Shown piece by piece: positions 40,214 through 49,090 of a stretch of DNA of 64,000 nt (position 1 is its first letter; every line of letters starts with the position of its first letter). The notes beneath the pieces are model-generated. The model saw only the letters and a program-made list of their open reading frames with translations, did no database searches and was not told the DNA's origin. The position numbers and the translations under genes were made by a program. Source of the stretch: Candidatus Sungiibacteriota bacterium (GTDB lineage: Bacteria > Patescibacteriota > Minisyncoccia > Sungbacterales > HO2-52-23); NCBI GenBank assembly GCA_016432465.1, contig CP066690.1, forward strand, positions 250,702-314,701, in the 5' to 3' direction.

Positions 40214-40513
40214 TAAATATTACCAAGTGAAGAATAAATCGGCTGCAGCATGGAAATTGCGAAAAAGCCAACTGCTCGTAGCTCGCTCGCCGCAGGCGGC
40301 TCGCTCGTACTCTTCAGAAACCCACGGTTTCCGACGCTCCGCTTCAACAAGCTCAGCGTCGCTGCTTTCCTACTCGGGGAAAACCTTCCGCTTTTCCCCG
40401 ACCCCTTTTTGTGCAGTTGGCTTTTGATCGTCTCTCGCAACATGTTTTAATTAAATATTACCAAGTGAAGAATAAATCGGCTGCAGCATGGAAATTGCGA
40501 AAAAGCCAACTGC
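40214..40513. repeat. 62-bp direct repeat of the pilC 3' end flanking a ~176-bp insert
   Basis: 40214-40275 identical to 40452-40513. Confidence 0.88.
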
Positions 40514-41686
40514 CGCCCCAATGACAATCATAAGAATCGGTTCAATAATTGTAGAGAGATTTTTGGTGGTATTGGTTACGTCCTCCTCAAAAAAAAGGGC
40601 AAGACGCAGCAGCATCTCGGAGACTTTTCCCGTTTCCTCCCCCACTTGTATCATCTGCAGTACAACTGGCTGAAAAATAAGCGGGTGAGCAGCCAGTATC
40701 TTGTTTAGTTGTTTCCCTTTTTGAATTTCCGAAGATGCCTCTCGCACCGCATCTTTATAAATAGTGTTCCCCAAGACCGAAGACGTAATCTCAAGCGACC
40801 TGACGACGGGAACTCCGGAGGTAAGTAAGTAGGCCAGCGTCCGGCAGAAACGCGCAATGTTGAATTTTTTAATAAGCGCTCCGAAAATGGGAAGCTTTAG
40901 ACTTATACGATCAAAGATTTCCTTACCTTTTTGGGTTTTCAATATACGTATAAAAATAAAGACCAGCGCCGCCAAGGCGATTAAAAACCAAATAGCATAG
41001 TTGAGAATCAGGTCGCTAACAGTAACAATGATTTTGGTGGTAAAAGGAAGTTCCACCCCCAACTCTTTGATGGTTGAAGTCAGCGTCGGCACCACATAAA
41101 TCATCATAAGAGTTCCCACGCCGAGCAGAACCATAATAATTATGGCCGGATAAAACATTGCGCCCTTCACCCGTTTTTTAAGGTTGTAATCTTTTTTCAT
41201 CTGGTTGGCAATGAGTTTCAGGACTAATGTAAGTTTTCCTGTTGTTTCGCCCACTTCAACCATGTTTATAAAAAGCGGGCCAAAAACTTTCTCATGCAGA
41301 CGAAGAGAGTCGGCAAAAGATTTGCCTTTTATAACTGAATTGTTTACCTCGGTTAGTATTTTTTTAAACTTGGGGTTGGCTGACTCTTGGGCCAAAGCGT
41401 CTAGAGCGCGTGTCAAAGAAAGTCCGGCCGCGACCATAACCGCAAGATTCCGGGCAAAAAACATTTTGTCCACCACCCCCACGGGCCTAAGACGAGAGAG
41501 AAGATCTGAAATATTAATACTAATATTCCACGAAGCCAGCCCAGTTTTTCCTTTTTCTTTGGCTTCCAGCAGAAAAAGCCCTTCGGTTTTGAGGGTCTGC
41601 GCAAGGACTTTTTGGTTTTCCGCCTCGCGTTCCCCTTTTACTATTTTCCCATCTTTTGCCGCGGCGGAATATACATAAATAGGCAT
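40451..41686 (-). CDS. pilC: type IV pilus / T2SS inner-membrane platform protein (PilC/GspF)
   Basis: Two T2SSF repeats (VGETTGKL, VGEETGKV), IEP..I...G. Confidence 0.93.
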   Translation of the reverse strand: MPIYVYSAAAKDGKIVKGEREAENQKVLAQTLKTEGLFLLEAKEKGKTGLASWNISINISDLLSRLRPVGVVDKMFFARNLAVMVAAGLSLTRALDALAQESANPKFKKILTEVNNSVIKGKSFADSLRLHEKVFGPLFINMVEVGETTGKLTLVLKLIANQMKKDYNLKKRVKGAMFYPAIIIMVLLGVGTLMMIYVVPTLTSTIKELGVELPFTTKIIVTVSDLILNYAIWFLIALAALVFIFIRILKTQKGKEIFDRISLKLPIFGALIKKFNIARFCRTLAYLLTSGVPVVRSLEITSSVLGNTIYKDAVREASSEIQKGKQLNKILAAHPLIFQPVVLQMIQVGEETGKVSEMLLRLALFFEEDVTNTTKNLSTIIEPILMIVIGAAVGFFAISMLQPIYSSLGNI

Positions 41687-41748
41687 GAAGTAATTATATC
41701 ACTTTTCCTTGAGTTTGGCCGAAAAAGATGTTAACATAAGGCGACATG

Positions 41749-41835
41749 GGTGGGGTCGCATAGTGGTCTAGTGCGGCACGGTGCTAACGTGCTGACCCTT
41801 CACGGGGTCCGTGGGTTCGAATCCCACCCCCACCG
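41749..41835 (+). tRNA. tRNA-Ser(GCT)
   Basis: GCACG-GTGCTAA-CGTGC anticodon arm, long variable arm, GGTGGGG/CCCCACC acceptor. Confidence 0.9.
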
Positions 41836-42115
41836 ATTTTGTGGAAATTTTGAGGTGGTTCTTTAGAATTATCTCAAAATTTCCACTGATTAGATGATGG
41901 TGGGATTCGAAGGGGCGAAAGCTAAAGGCTTTCGCGGGAAATTTAGCGAGCCAGTGAAACTGTGCGAGCGTTAAAAATTTCCCGGGGTTTGCCGAGGAGG
42001 CAAACTGAAAAACGTGAATGTCTTCACGTTTTGAAAACCCGGGCTCCGAAGGAGCGTGTAGCCGTGCGAAGCACGTGCGCAACGCGGGTGAGGAGGAATC
42101 CCACCCCCACCGCCA
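41836..42115. mobile_element. non-coding structured element bounded by a 17-bp duplicate of the tRNA-Ser 3' end
   Basis: GAATCCCACCCCCACCG at 41819-41835 and 42096-42112 (then CCA). Confidence 0.75.
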
Positions 42116-42243
42116 GTTGTTTTATCCATATTTTATGAGGATACTTTAAGCCCGACAGGTGAGACATTCGAACCTATCGCTATTGACACACTAAATCAAA
42201 AATGCTATCTTGTGGGATAGAACCAGCGTAGGGAGGTAAGATA

Positions 42244-42438
42244 ATGTGGATGACCGACTACATCAGAGAAATCAAGCGTCAGTTCGTTGAAGTTTATGGG
42301 TTTAAGCCCCTGCCAAACAGCACAAAACACGAATACAATGTTGAAGTTCCAGATGGCGAATATCCGATGACCATCGATGGCAAGCTCGACAAAGTGCGCA
42401 TCGAGAATGGTGGAATCTCTTGTTGTAACTTTGAGTAA
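42244..42438 (+). CDS. small hypothetical protein
   Basis: GGGAGGT RBS and an upstream TTGACA promoter. Confidence 0.65.
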   Translation: MWMTDYIREIKRQFVEVYGFKPLPNSTKHEYNVEVPDGEYPMTIDGKLDKVRIENGGISCCNFE

Positions 42439-42628
42439 GCGGGGATACGTAGCGGTGCGATAACATCAAACCGCTTTTTCATTTGATAATAGCGGCCTTA
42501 AGTGATAACTTTGGAATAAAGAAACATTCAGTAGTGGTCTGCCATGCGAACATCGTCCACTACCCTCCGCAGGATTGAGCGCCCGTTCGAGAGACTGGGC
42601 GGCCTAAAATTTTTAGTATAATAAGTTT

Positions 42629-43009
42629 ATGTTCAAAGGTTTTATTTTATCCGAATCACTCAAAAACCCTGAAGTTCTCAATCGGCTTGACCACATCTAT
42701 GTGAAAGTTGAGCATCATCCAGAATTTCTAGAAGAACCGAAAATTTGGCATGATTTTAAGGTACGGGTAGCCGATAAAGATATTAAGAAAGTCTCTAATT
42801 TGCTTGCAAAACAGATGAAGCAGACTTGGTATGCTCACTTTTGGGATAAAAAGTCGGTTTATGTAATACTACCCAAAAAGGTTTTTAAAATTCCACTTGA
42901 GAAGAAATGGACATCGAAAGAATATCTCAGACTTAAAAGATATGCAGTGCGAAACGGTGTTGAAGAACAATATCTTAATTTCTGGATTCAGAAAGAGGAT
43001 AAAATTTAA
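42629..43009 (+). CDS. hypothetical protein
   Basis: I.ESL...WH...WYAHF..QYLNF; TATAAT just upstream. Confidence 0.72.
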   Translation: MFKGFILSESLKNPEVLNRLDHIYVKVEHHPEFLEEPKIWHDFKVRVADKDIKKVSNLLAKQMKQTWYAHFWDKKSVYVILPKKVFKIPLEKKWTSKEYLRLKRYAVRNGVEEQYLNFWIQKEDKI

Positions 43010-43094
43010 GCGACCGATTCCCCTCAAATCGCCAGTTTTCAAAAACATTGCAATTGCTTGCTGGGACTTGGTTCTAGACCGACTCACACCGCCA

Positions 43095-43454
43095 ATGAAA
43101 CCAACTATTAATTATTCCTGGAAACAGTTTGACAGCGACGTGAAGAAAATCGCTAAATTATTGCGGGCAAGAAAAAAAGTATTTAATGGTGTGTGGGGGC
43201 CGATACGCGGGGGCTTACCTCTTGCTGTATGTCTTTCTCACGCTTTAGGCATACCTTTTCTCCAAAAACCCAACGGAAAGAAAACCCTGATTGTGGATGA
43301 TATTGCCGACACCGGAAAAACTCTTAAAAAATTTGCCGACAAAAATTATTTTATCGTAACGCTTTTTTACCGTCGGGGATCTGTGTTTAAACCAAATATC
43401 TGGCTCCGGGAGAAAAAAGATAAATGGGTAAAGTTCCCTTGGGAGAAAAAATAA
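43095..43454 (+). CDS. short purine phosphoribosyltransferase-family protein
   Basis: RGGL, LIVDDIADTGKT PRPP motif, WVKFPWE. Confidence 0.88.
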   Translation: MKPTINYSWKQFDSDVKKIAKLLRARKKVFNGVWGPIRGGLPLAVCLSHALGIPFLQKPNGKKTLIVDDIADTGKTLKKFADKNYFIVTLFYRRGSVFKPNIWLREKKDKWVKFPWEKK

Positions 43455-43671
43455 GGTGGGTTCGCCTAATGGGTTGAAGCCAACTGCTTGGCTTCAACGG
43501 GCGATTTAGGCGAGCGTCCTCGCGAGCCGTTAAAAATCGCCCCGGGTTTCGCCGAGGAGGCGAAACGACACCAGTCTTCCCCGCACTACAATTTTGGAAG
43601 CGTGGCCGAGCGGTTTATGGCGCTGGTCTTGCCCGCCAGAGGCGGGTCCGCCTTTGGCGGAAAAACTACTT

Positions 43672-43929
43672 ATGGCTATAACATACATTTTATTTAGTTC
43701 CAGTTGCGGTAAATTTTATGTTGGTTCTTCACGAAATGATAATATACGGGTTCGCCTTTCTGCCCACAATGCCGGACGAGTAAAATCTACTAAATCCTAT
43801 AGACCGTGGACTATTGTTACAACAGAAAAACTTCAGAGCTATTCTGATGCCAGAAAAAGAGAACTGTTTCTCAAGTCAGGTGTTGGGCGAAAATTGATAG
43901 CAGAGAAATTTGGATTTTTGAAAAGTTAA
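43672..43929 (+). CDS. small GIY-YIG nuclease
   Basis: TYIL...FYVG...RL..HN.G...TK..RPW...A.KRE..LKSG.GR. Confidence 0.88.
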   Translation: MAITYILFSSSCGKFYVGSSRNDNIRVRLSAHNAGRVKSTKSYRPWTIVTTEKLQSYSDARKRELFLKSGVGRKLIAEKFGFLKS

Positions 43930-44024
43930 TATGTGTGGCGGGCTTGGTAGGGTGGCCGAGTGGTTTAAGGCGGCGGTCTTGCCCGCCAGAGGCGGGTCCG
44001 CCTTTGGCGGAAAAACTCAATAGT

Positions 44025-44315
44025 ATGCCCTGTATTTATATCTTATATAGCAGAAGTAAAAATAGGTTTTATGTCGGATCAACTAGAGACGATAGGCCTT
44101 TTGTGCGTTTAGACTCACACAACCATGGAAAGGTTCGCTCTACAAAAGCCGGACGGCCGTGGGCACTGACATACCAAGAGTACTACTCCAATTACCATCA
44201 AGCGAGGAAAAGAGAAATCTTCTTAAAATCCGGTGTTGGTAGGACTTGGATTAAAGAAAAATTTCCAAATCTAAAGAACGACGGCGCCGGAGCGGAGACG
44301 TGGGTGAGTGGCTGA
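44025..44315 (+). CDS. small GIY-YIG nuclease (paralogue)
   Basis: IYIL...FYVGST...HNHG...RPW...ARKREIFLKSGVGR; reads into the tRNA-Ser. Confidence 0.88.
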   Translation: MPCIYILYSRSKNRFYVGSTRDDRPFVRLDSHNHGKVRSTKAGRPWALTYQEYYSNYHQARKREIFLKSGVGRTWIKEKFPNLKNDGAGAETWVSG

Positions 44316-44380
44316 AACCGGCAGTCTTGAAAACTGCTATACCTGTAAGGGTATCGGAGGTTCGAATCCTCCCGTCTCCG
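44294..44380 (+). tRNA. tRNA-Ser(TGA)
   Basis: GCAGT-CTTGAAA-ACTGC anticodon arm, variable arm, GGAGACG/CGTCTCC acceptor. Confidence 0.93.
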
Positions 44381-44519
44381 CTCCGGCTCTGTCTTGCCCG
44401 CCAGAGGCGGGTCCGCCTTTGGCGGAAAAACTGGCGGGAGAAATCCCTTGCAGGTTCGACTCCTGCACCCACCGTCGGTTAGGAAAAGGTCGATTTTTCA
44501 TAAATTTCATTTTATATTT

Positions 44520-45158
44520 ATGCCCAAGAAAAACGTCGCACAAATTAAAAAAGAACTTCTACGGGGCCTCAAGGTTTCTCGACGCAGGACAAAAAAGCCA
44601 GAGATTTTGGCTCTCGTGGGGATTACCGGTGCCGGCAATAGCACCATTGCACGAGAATTTAGTCGGATGCTCGGATGGACAGTGATTGAAAAAAACAAGA
44701 TACGCGTAAAACTTCGCGAAGAGGGTCCAGGATTTACGGTGGCCAATACCAACGCTCTACATGAAGCGATGGTAAAAGAAGTTATCATGCGGCTCGGAAA
44801 CGTAATCCTTGATTCTGACATGGTTGAGAAACCAAAAAGAAAGCGGCTCGAGCGACTGGCGAGAAAATACGGAGCGCGGGTAGCGTATCTGCACTTAACC
44901 TGTAACCGTGATGTCATGCTTGAACGAATGATACGAGCAAAATATAATCCCAAAACAAACATTTTTAAGAGCGCCGCGATTGCCGTCAGGGAACATTGCC
45001 GACGCTACCCATGGCACTATCGCTGGTCTCCTGCCAACGGCGGACAATATGTTTTGCGAAAACTGCCCATAAAATTCTTTGCCGAGATAGATACCACCGA
45101 TCCTGCCAAGTGGCGCAAGAAATTACGAAACATTGTAAAGCGCCTCAAAAAGTTATAA
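44520..45158 (+). CDS. P-loop (AAA_33-like) kinase with atypical Walker A
   Basis: LVGITGAGNSTIAR (Lys replaced by Asn), VILDS. Confidence 0.75.
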   Translation: MPKKNVAQIKKELLRGLKVSRRRTKKPEILALVGITGAGNSTIAREFSRMLGWTVIEKNKIRVKLREEGPGFTVANTNALHEAMVKEVIMRLGNVILDSDMVEKPKRKRLERLARKYGARVAYLHLTCNRDVMLERMIRAKYNPKTNIFKSAAIAVREHCRRYPWHYRWSPANGGQYVLRKLPIKFFAEIDTTDPAKWRKKLRNIVKRLKKL

Positions 45159-45276
45159 ATTGCCTTGATTTTACGCAACATTTTTTACCCCCGACAGGTG
45201 GGACGTTAGAACCTTTACATAAAATATCGAAGCTGATACTCTGATATTAGAACCTTCGACAAGGAGGAAGAAACAA

Positions 45277-45543
45277 ATGAGTCTTGCGTTTCAGGAAGTA
45301 GAACGGATTAAGAAGCAATTTGAACAAGAATACTTCTTTGCGCAGCCATATTCGGAATACGTGAATATGTGTGGCATCGCCAAGATTGGGGTAAGAGACA
45401 AAATTGTTCCGATTGATGTAGCTGGTGATTTCTGTATTTTGGTTGGGCTTCGCAAACCGCTACCGCAAAATCTTTCTTTACCCACTGAATACCAAGGAGT
45501 AAAAGTAGTTGTTGGGGTCATCGGAGAAATCCGTCCTCTCTAG
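45277..45543 (+). CDS. small hypothetical protein
   Basis: AAGGAGG RBS; ends LP.EYQGV.V....GEIRPL. Confidence 0.68.
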   Translation: MSLAFQEVERIKKQFEQEYFFAQPYSEYVNMCGIAKIGVRDKIVPIDVAGDFCILVGLRKPLPQNLSLPTEYQGVKVVVGVIGEIRPL

Positions 45544-45688
45544 CCGACCAAGTCGGCTATTTATTTACAATCGCATTTTCAAGTGGTGGTTTGGGTATAT
45601 AAAAACGTTTAGCGTTAATCATCCAAGGGGTTCAAACATCATCCACTACCCTCCGCCAAAAAAAGAAACCCCGAGTGGGGTTTTGTGG

Positions 45689-46198
45689 TTACTCATATAT
45701 TGGTTCAAAAAGTAGTAGCAGCGGATAAACAACGCCGTCACGATCATACACCCCCTGCCAATTACCACGGAATGCCGGATGAACGCAAAGAATTTTTACA
45801 GTGGCATAAACCCTTATGACAAAGGGCTGTTTGGGCGGAGACTGATCATCGGGGTCGTGGAAAGGAATAAGATATCTTTCATACACGAGTTCGTTCTGCA
45901 GATAAAAAAGCTCATCTCTCAAATCGGCGCTTAACTCTTTTTCAAGGAAAATGAGCGTTGCTTTTTCCGCAATCACCATAAAAGTCCCCGTACCCGCATC
46001 GTAGCGAATCTCTCTTACCGGACTTTCTATGCTGCAGTTATAAACTCCCTGTTTTTCGTTTTCTGACAGTGGAAAATCGCCCGAAGAGATCTCCTTGCGA
46101 ACCCAATGATGATCTTCGTGAAAAGCAGCATAACCAAAAGATACTGTAACAAAAAGGAGAACCAGAATCGGCAAACCAAAAATCTTTTGCCTAACCAA
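45689..46198 (-). CDS. secreted/membrane-anchored hypothetical protein
   Basis: N-terminal hydrophobic segment. Confidence 0.6.
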   Translation of the reverse strand: MVRQKIFGLPILVLLFVTVSFGYAAFHEDHHWVRKEISSGDFPLSENEKQGVYNCSIESPVREIRYDAGTGTFMVIAEKATLIFLEKELSADLRDELFYLQNELVYERYLIPFHDPDDQSPPKQPFVIRVYATVKILCVHPAFRGNWQGVYDRDGVVYPLLLLFEPIYE

Positions 46199-46295
46199 TT
46201 TCCTACCCTCTGGACTTTTAATCTAAAACTACCACAAATATGTTGTAAATGCAAACTAATTTGCTGGCTATACAAATTTTTGCTATACTTAATCC

Positions 46296-46832
46296 ATGCC
46301 CAACCAAATTATTGACCTTAGACAATCCACCCGCGTAAAAGCCGCCGAATCAGACTACCACCCGCGAGAAATAGTGCCAACCTCCATAGAGTGGACTGCA
46401 TACGAGTATAGACCCAAAGAACATGGTCAGGTTTGGTTTTTGACGCTTGGCGCTGTAACTCTTTTTTTAGTCATATTGGGTTTCGTCATACGCAATTATT
46501 TTTTTGTGGTTTTTATTGTGCTCGCCTACGCCGTTATTATACTTTACACCAAACGCGGCCCCCAAAAATTTTCTGCGGCTCTGGCTAAAGAGGGCGTACG
46601 GTTTGGTAAAATGCTGTATAAATTCTCTGACTTAAAATCGTTTTGGATATTTAATTACGGGGATCAAGCGGAGTTATCGCTCGAAACAACTAAAACCATC
46701 TCTCAATTTATCCGTCTGCCCCTTGGTAGTATCAGGGCCGAAACAGTGAGAAACTTTATGATAAAATATCTTCCCGAAGAGGAACACCAAGAGTTAATTA
46801 CAGACAAGATTACCCGAGGTTTGGGGTTTTAG
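46296..46832 (+). CDS. conserved two-TM protein (DUF5673-like)
   Basis: W.A.EY...W, two TMs, Y.F.DLKSFWI. Confidence 0.75.
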   Translation: MPNQIIDLRQSTRVKAAESDYHPREIVPTSIEWTAYEYRPKEHGQVWFLTLGAVTLFLVILGFVIRNYFFVVFIVLAYAVIILYTKRGPQKFSAALAKEGVRFGKMLYKFSDLKSFWIFNYGDQAELSLETTKTISQFIRLPLGSIRAETVRNFMIKYLPEEEHQELITDKITRGLGF

Positions 46833-46842
46833 TTTTAAACTT

Positions 46843-47018
46843 GCGCTCGTCGTTCAACGGACAGGACAGAAGCTTGCGGAGCTTCAGATAGGGGCCCGCC
46901 CCCCACCTATGTGTCCCCGTAGTTCAGCGGATAGAATGCCAGCTTGCGGAGCTGGAGGTCGCAGGTTCGAATCCTGCCGGGGACGTATAGGTGGGGGGTG
47001 AAATTCCTCTCGAGCACG
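46843..47018 (+). pseudogene. disrupted outer tRNA-Arg(GCG) enclosing an intact tRNA-Arg(GCG)
   Basis: GCGCTCG..GAAGC-TTGCGGA-GCTTC..AGGGG-CCCG | insert | ATT-CCTCT-CGAGCAC-G. Confidence 0.8.
46913..46985 (+). tRNA. tRNA-Arg(GCG)
   Basis: CCAGC-TTGCGGA-GCTGG anticodon arm, GTCCCCG/CGGGGAC acceptor, GGTTCGAATCC. Confidence 0.93.
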
Positions 47019-47025
47019 TCACATA

Positions 47026-47766
47026 ATGGAACTGGAGACAGAATTAAAAAAAATTGGACTTTCCGAAAAAGAAGCCAAGGTCTATTTGGCGGCTTTACGC
47101 TTGGGCCCGGCAACGGCGGCGGACCTAGCAAGACACGCCGGCGTAAACCGCGCCACGACCTACGTGGTCATTGAAAAACTGAAAAAAGAAGGCCTCGCGA
47201 GCTCTTACGGCCGTGGGAAGAAAACATACTTTTCACCCGAACCACCGGAACAACTTAAAAATCTATTCGCTCTGCAGGAACAGCGCCTTAGGGCGGGATT
47301 TAAAGATGTACAAAAAATCTTCCCGGAACTGAAAAAAATTTACGAGTCTGCCGGGGAGAGGCCGCTGGTACGATTCTTTGAGGGAAAGGAGGGGTCAGCG
47401 GCCGTACGCGCTGATATTCTTAGATCCAAACCAAAAGTGCTGGATGAAATTATACCGCTGATAGAAGAGGTAAAACTTTCAGAAAAAGATAAAACGGCCC
47501 TAAAAAAACTTAGGGTCCCCAGACGCGCTATTTATACCAGCCGTAAAAGTAGCCCCGCTTTGCCGCCCGAAGAAAAATTTTTTAAACGCAAGTTAATAAA
47601 CCACGGGGATTTTCCGGTGGAAACGGAAATAGTGCTTTATGGCAACAAGGCAGCGCTGCTGGCCCTAAAGAAACGGTTTACGGGCATTATTATTGAAGAC
47701 GAGGTAATCGTAAAAACGCTCAAGCTTATATTTGAAATGCTGTGGAATCACCCCAAACTAAAATAG
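47026..47766 (+). CDS. TrmB-family transcriptional regulator
   Basis: L..IGLSEKEAKVYLA.L.LG...A..AGVNR.T.Y wHTH; VRFFEG. Confidence 0.88.
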   Translation: MELETELKKIGLSEKEAKVYLAALRLGPATAADLARHAGVNRATTYVVIEKLKKEGLASSYGRGKKTYFSPEPPEQLKNLFALQEQRLRAGFKDVQKIFPELKKIYESAGERPLVRFFEGKEGSAAVRADILRSKPKVLDEIIPLIEEVKLSEKDKTALKKLRVPRRAIYTSRKSSPALPPEEKFFKRKLINHGDFPVETEIVLYGNKAALLALKKRFTGIIIEDEVIVKTLKLIFEMLWNHPKLK

Positions 47767-48074
47767 GCACGCCGGAAAATCCCGGATGCCCATGTGATGG
47801 AGAGGTTGTGGGTGATGGGTGATGACGCGGTTTTTTGTTTTTGTGGTGGTCTTAACGTCCGCCGCCGCAGTGGGCCACCGGCCTTAGAAAGTACAATTTT
47901 CTTCGGGGATCCGGTGGAAACAGCTCCATACCAGAATAGCCTCCTTTCTGGCCCCCTGACCTCTATTTGGGGGGTCATCTTAATTATACACCGAGATGTC
48001 ATTTTTTGTCAAGTATTGACCCGTACTAATTTATATGGTAAGTTATACTAAACCGCACGTGGAGGACACACCTA

Positions 48075-48710
48075 ATGGCGCTCTTCGGGGCTTCACAGGA
48101 CACAATAGAAAAAGAAAGAAAAGAATCTTTTCGTAAAGGATTTAATGAGGGCATTTATGCCCTATTCTACCAACTTGGGTACGTAAACAAGGGATCCGGG
48201 AAGGCTGTAGAAGATGCCGTATCTCAATTTGGTATAGCTGACGGGGATTTAGAAGAAAACCTTGTCCCTTTTCTTACGGCAGCGTACGTGGACGGCTGCA
48301 AGGATGCGGAAGATGAGATGCCCAGTAGAGCAGAACTCAAATTAGGGTTAAACTTTCTGGTGAGAAGGGTAATTGAGCCCGAACCCAAAAAAGATCAAAA
48401 AAGCAAGAAAGAAGAGCTGGAAGAAAAAAGAGCAACAGTAAAACGAGAGTTGCTAAAACGTCTTGAACCGCATGGTTTTATAGAGTACACACTTCCTTAT
48501 ATCGGTGATTCAAGCCAAGAGGGGTATTTAAGCAGTATCCCTGTACACGCAACGGTCCACCAATTGATTAGTCATGCTGGAACGGTTGCCCAAGAGCTTA
48601 ACGTGAAGATTACATGCCGGTTTTGCTGCTATACGAACATAAAAACCGTTTGTCTTGTGTTTGAGTTTCTTGATACGAGGTTCGCCGTGGGGCCAAAAGT
48701 GCCAGAATAG
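48075..48710 (+). CDS. hypothetical protein
   Basis: 211-aa ORF with GGAGG RBS. Confidence 0.7.
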   Translation: MALFGASQDTIEKERKESFRKGFNEGIYALFYQLGYVNKGSGKAVEDAVSQFGIADGDLEENLVPFLTAAYVDGCKDAEDEMPSRAELKLGLNFLVRRVIEPEPKKDQKSKKEELEEKRATVKRELLKRLEPHGFIEYTLPYIGDSSQEGYLSSIPVHATVHQLISHAGTVAQELNVKITCRFCCYTNIKTVCLVFEFLDTRFAVGPKVPE

Positions 48711-48855
48711 TTGTTAAGGTAAAATCCGTCCCGACTAGTCGGGACTGATTTTGATTTCCAAAAAAGTTAGACAAAAATAACAAATTTTAAATGGATAAAA
48801 ATGGCTTATATAAAGAGAGAAACTGCTAAACGCTGTTCGGTATTGTTAATGGCTC

Positions 48856-48884
48856 TTGACAAATTTTCTGGGATCGTGTATACT
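48856..48884 (+). promoter_or_regulatory. near-consensus sigma70 promoter
   Basis: TTGACA-17 bp-TATACT. Confidence 0.75.
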
Positions 48885-48890
48885 CCTATC

Positions 48891-49090
48891 TAGACACGTT
48901 GGTGTACGGTTTGGGAACACAGAGCACTTTCCTATCAAGAACTGTGTAAATAAAGGGTTGCCGGGGGAATCTAATATAGATTTACGGCAATAAATAACAT
49001 TTTGTGCCCCGGAAGGAACAGGGGTTGGTGCCGTAGTCTTTTTCCATGTGATCCTTTATTTGCACCACTCTTGATAGGAAATCAAGAAGT
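48891..49090 (+). ncRNA. candidate structured ncRNA of unknown family
   Basis: TTTCCTATCAAGA (48928-48940) pairs with TCTTGATAGGAAA (49069-49081); inner GTGTAAATAAAGG/CCTTTATTTGCAC stem; no ORF. Confidence 0.5.

Larger units (their letters stand above)
43455..44474 (+). mobile_element. stacked split tRNA-Ser(TGA) / GIY-YIG array
   Basis: tRNA-Ser 5' parts at 43455, 43596 and 43946; intact copy at 44294; 3' half 44426-44474 whose ACCCACC pairs with GGTGGGT at 43455. Confidence 0.72.

Noticed and set aside
40213-40443. 76-aa ORF as a second pilC-like gene
   Set aside because: Only the duplicated last ~20 codons match pilC; the rest is insert sequence
43594-44520. N-terminal extensions containing PPEAGPPLAE / PARGGSAFGG as a novel protein domain
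   Set aside because: They are translations of tRNA halves and the 30-nt repeat; likely starts are 43672, 44025 and 44520
49005-49026. SRP RNA, from CCGGAAGGAACAG
   Set aside because: Lacks the upstream CAGG and the symmetric loop of SRP domain IV
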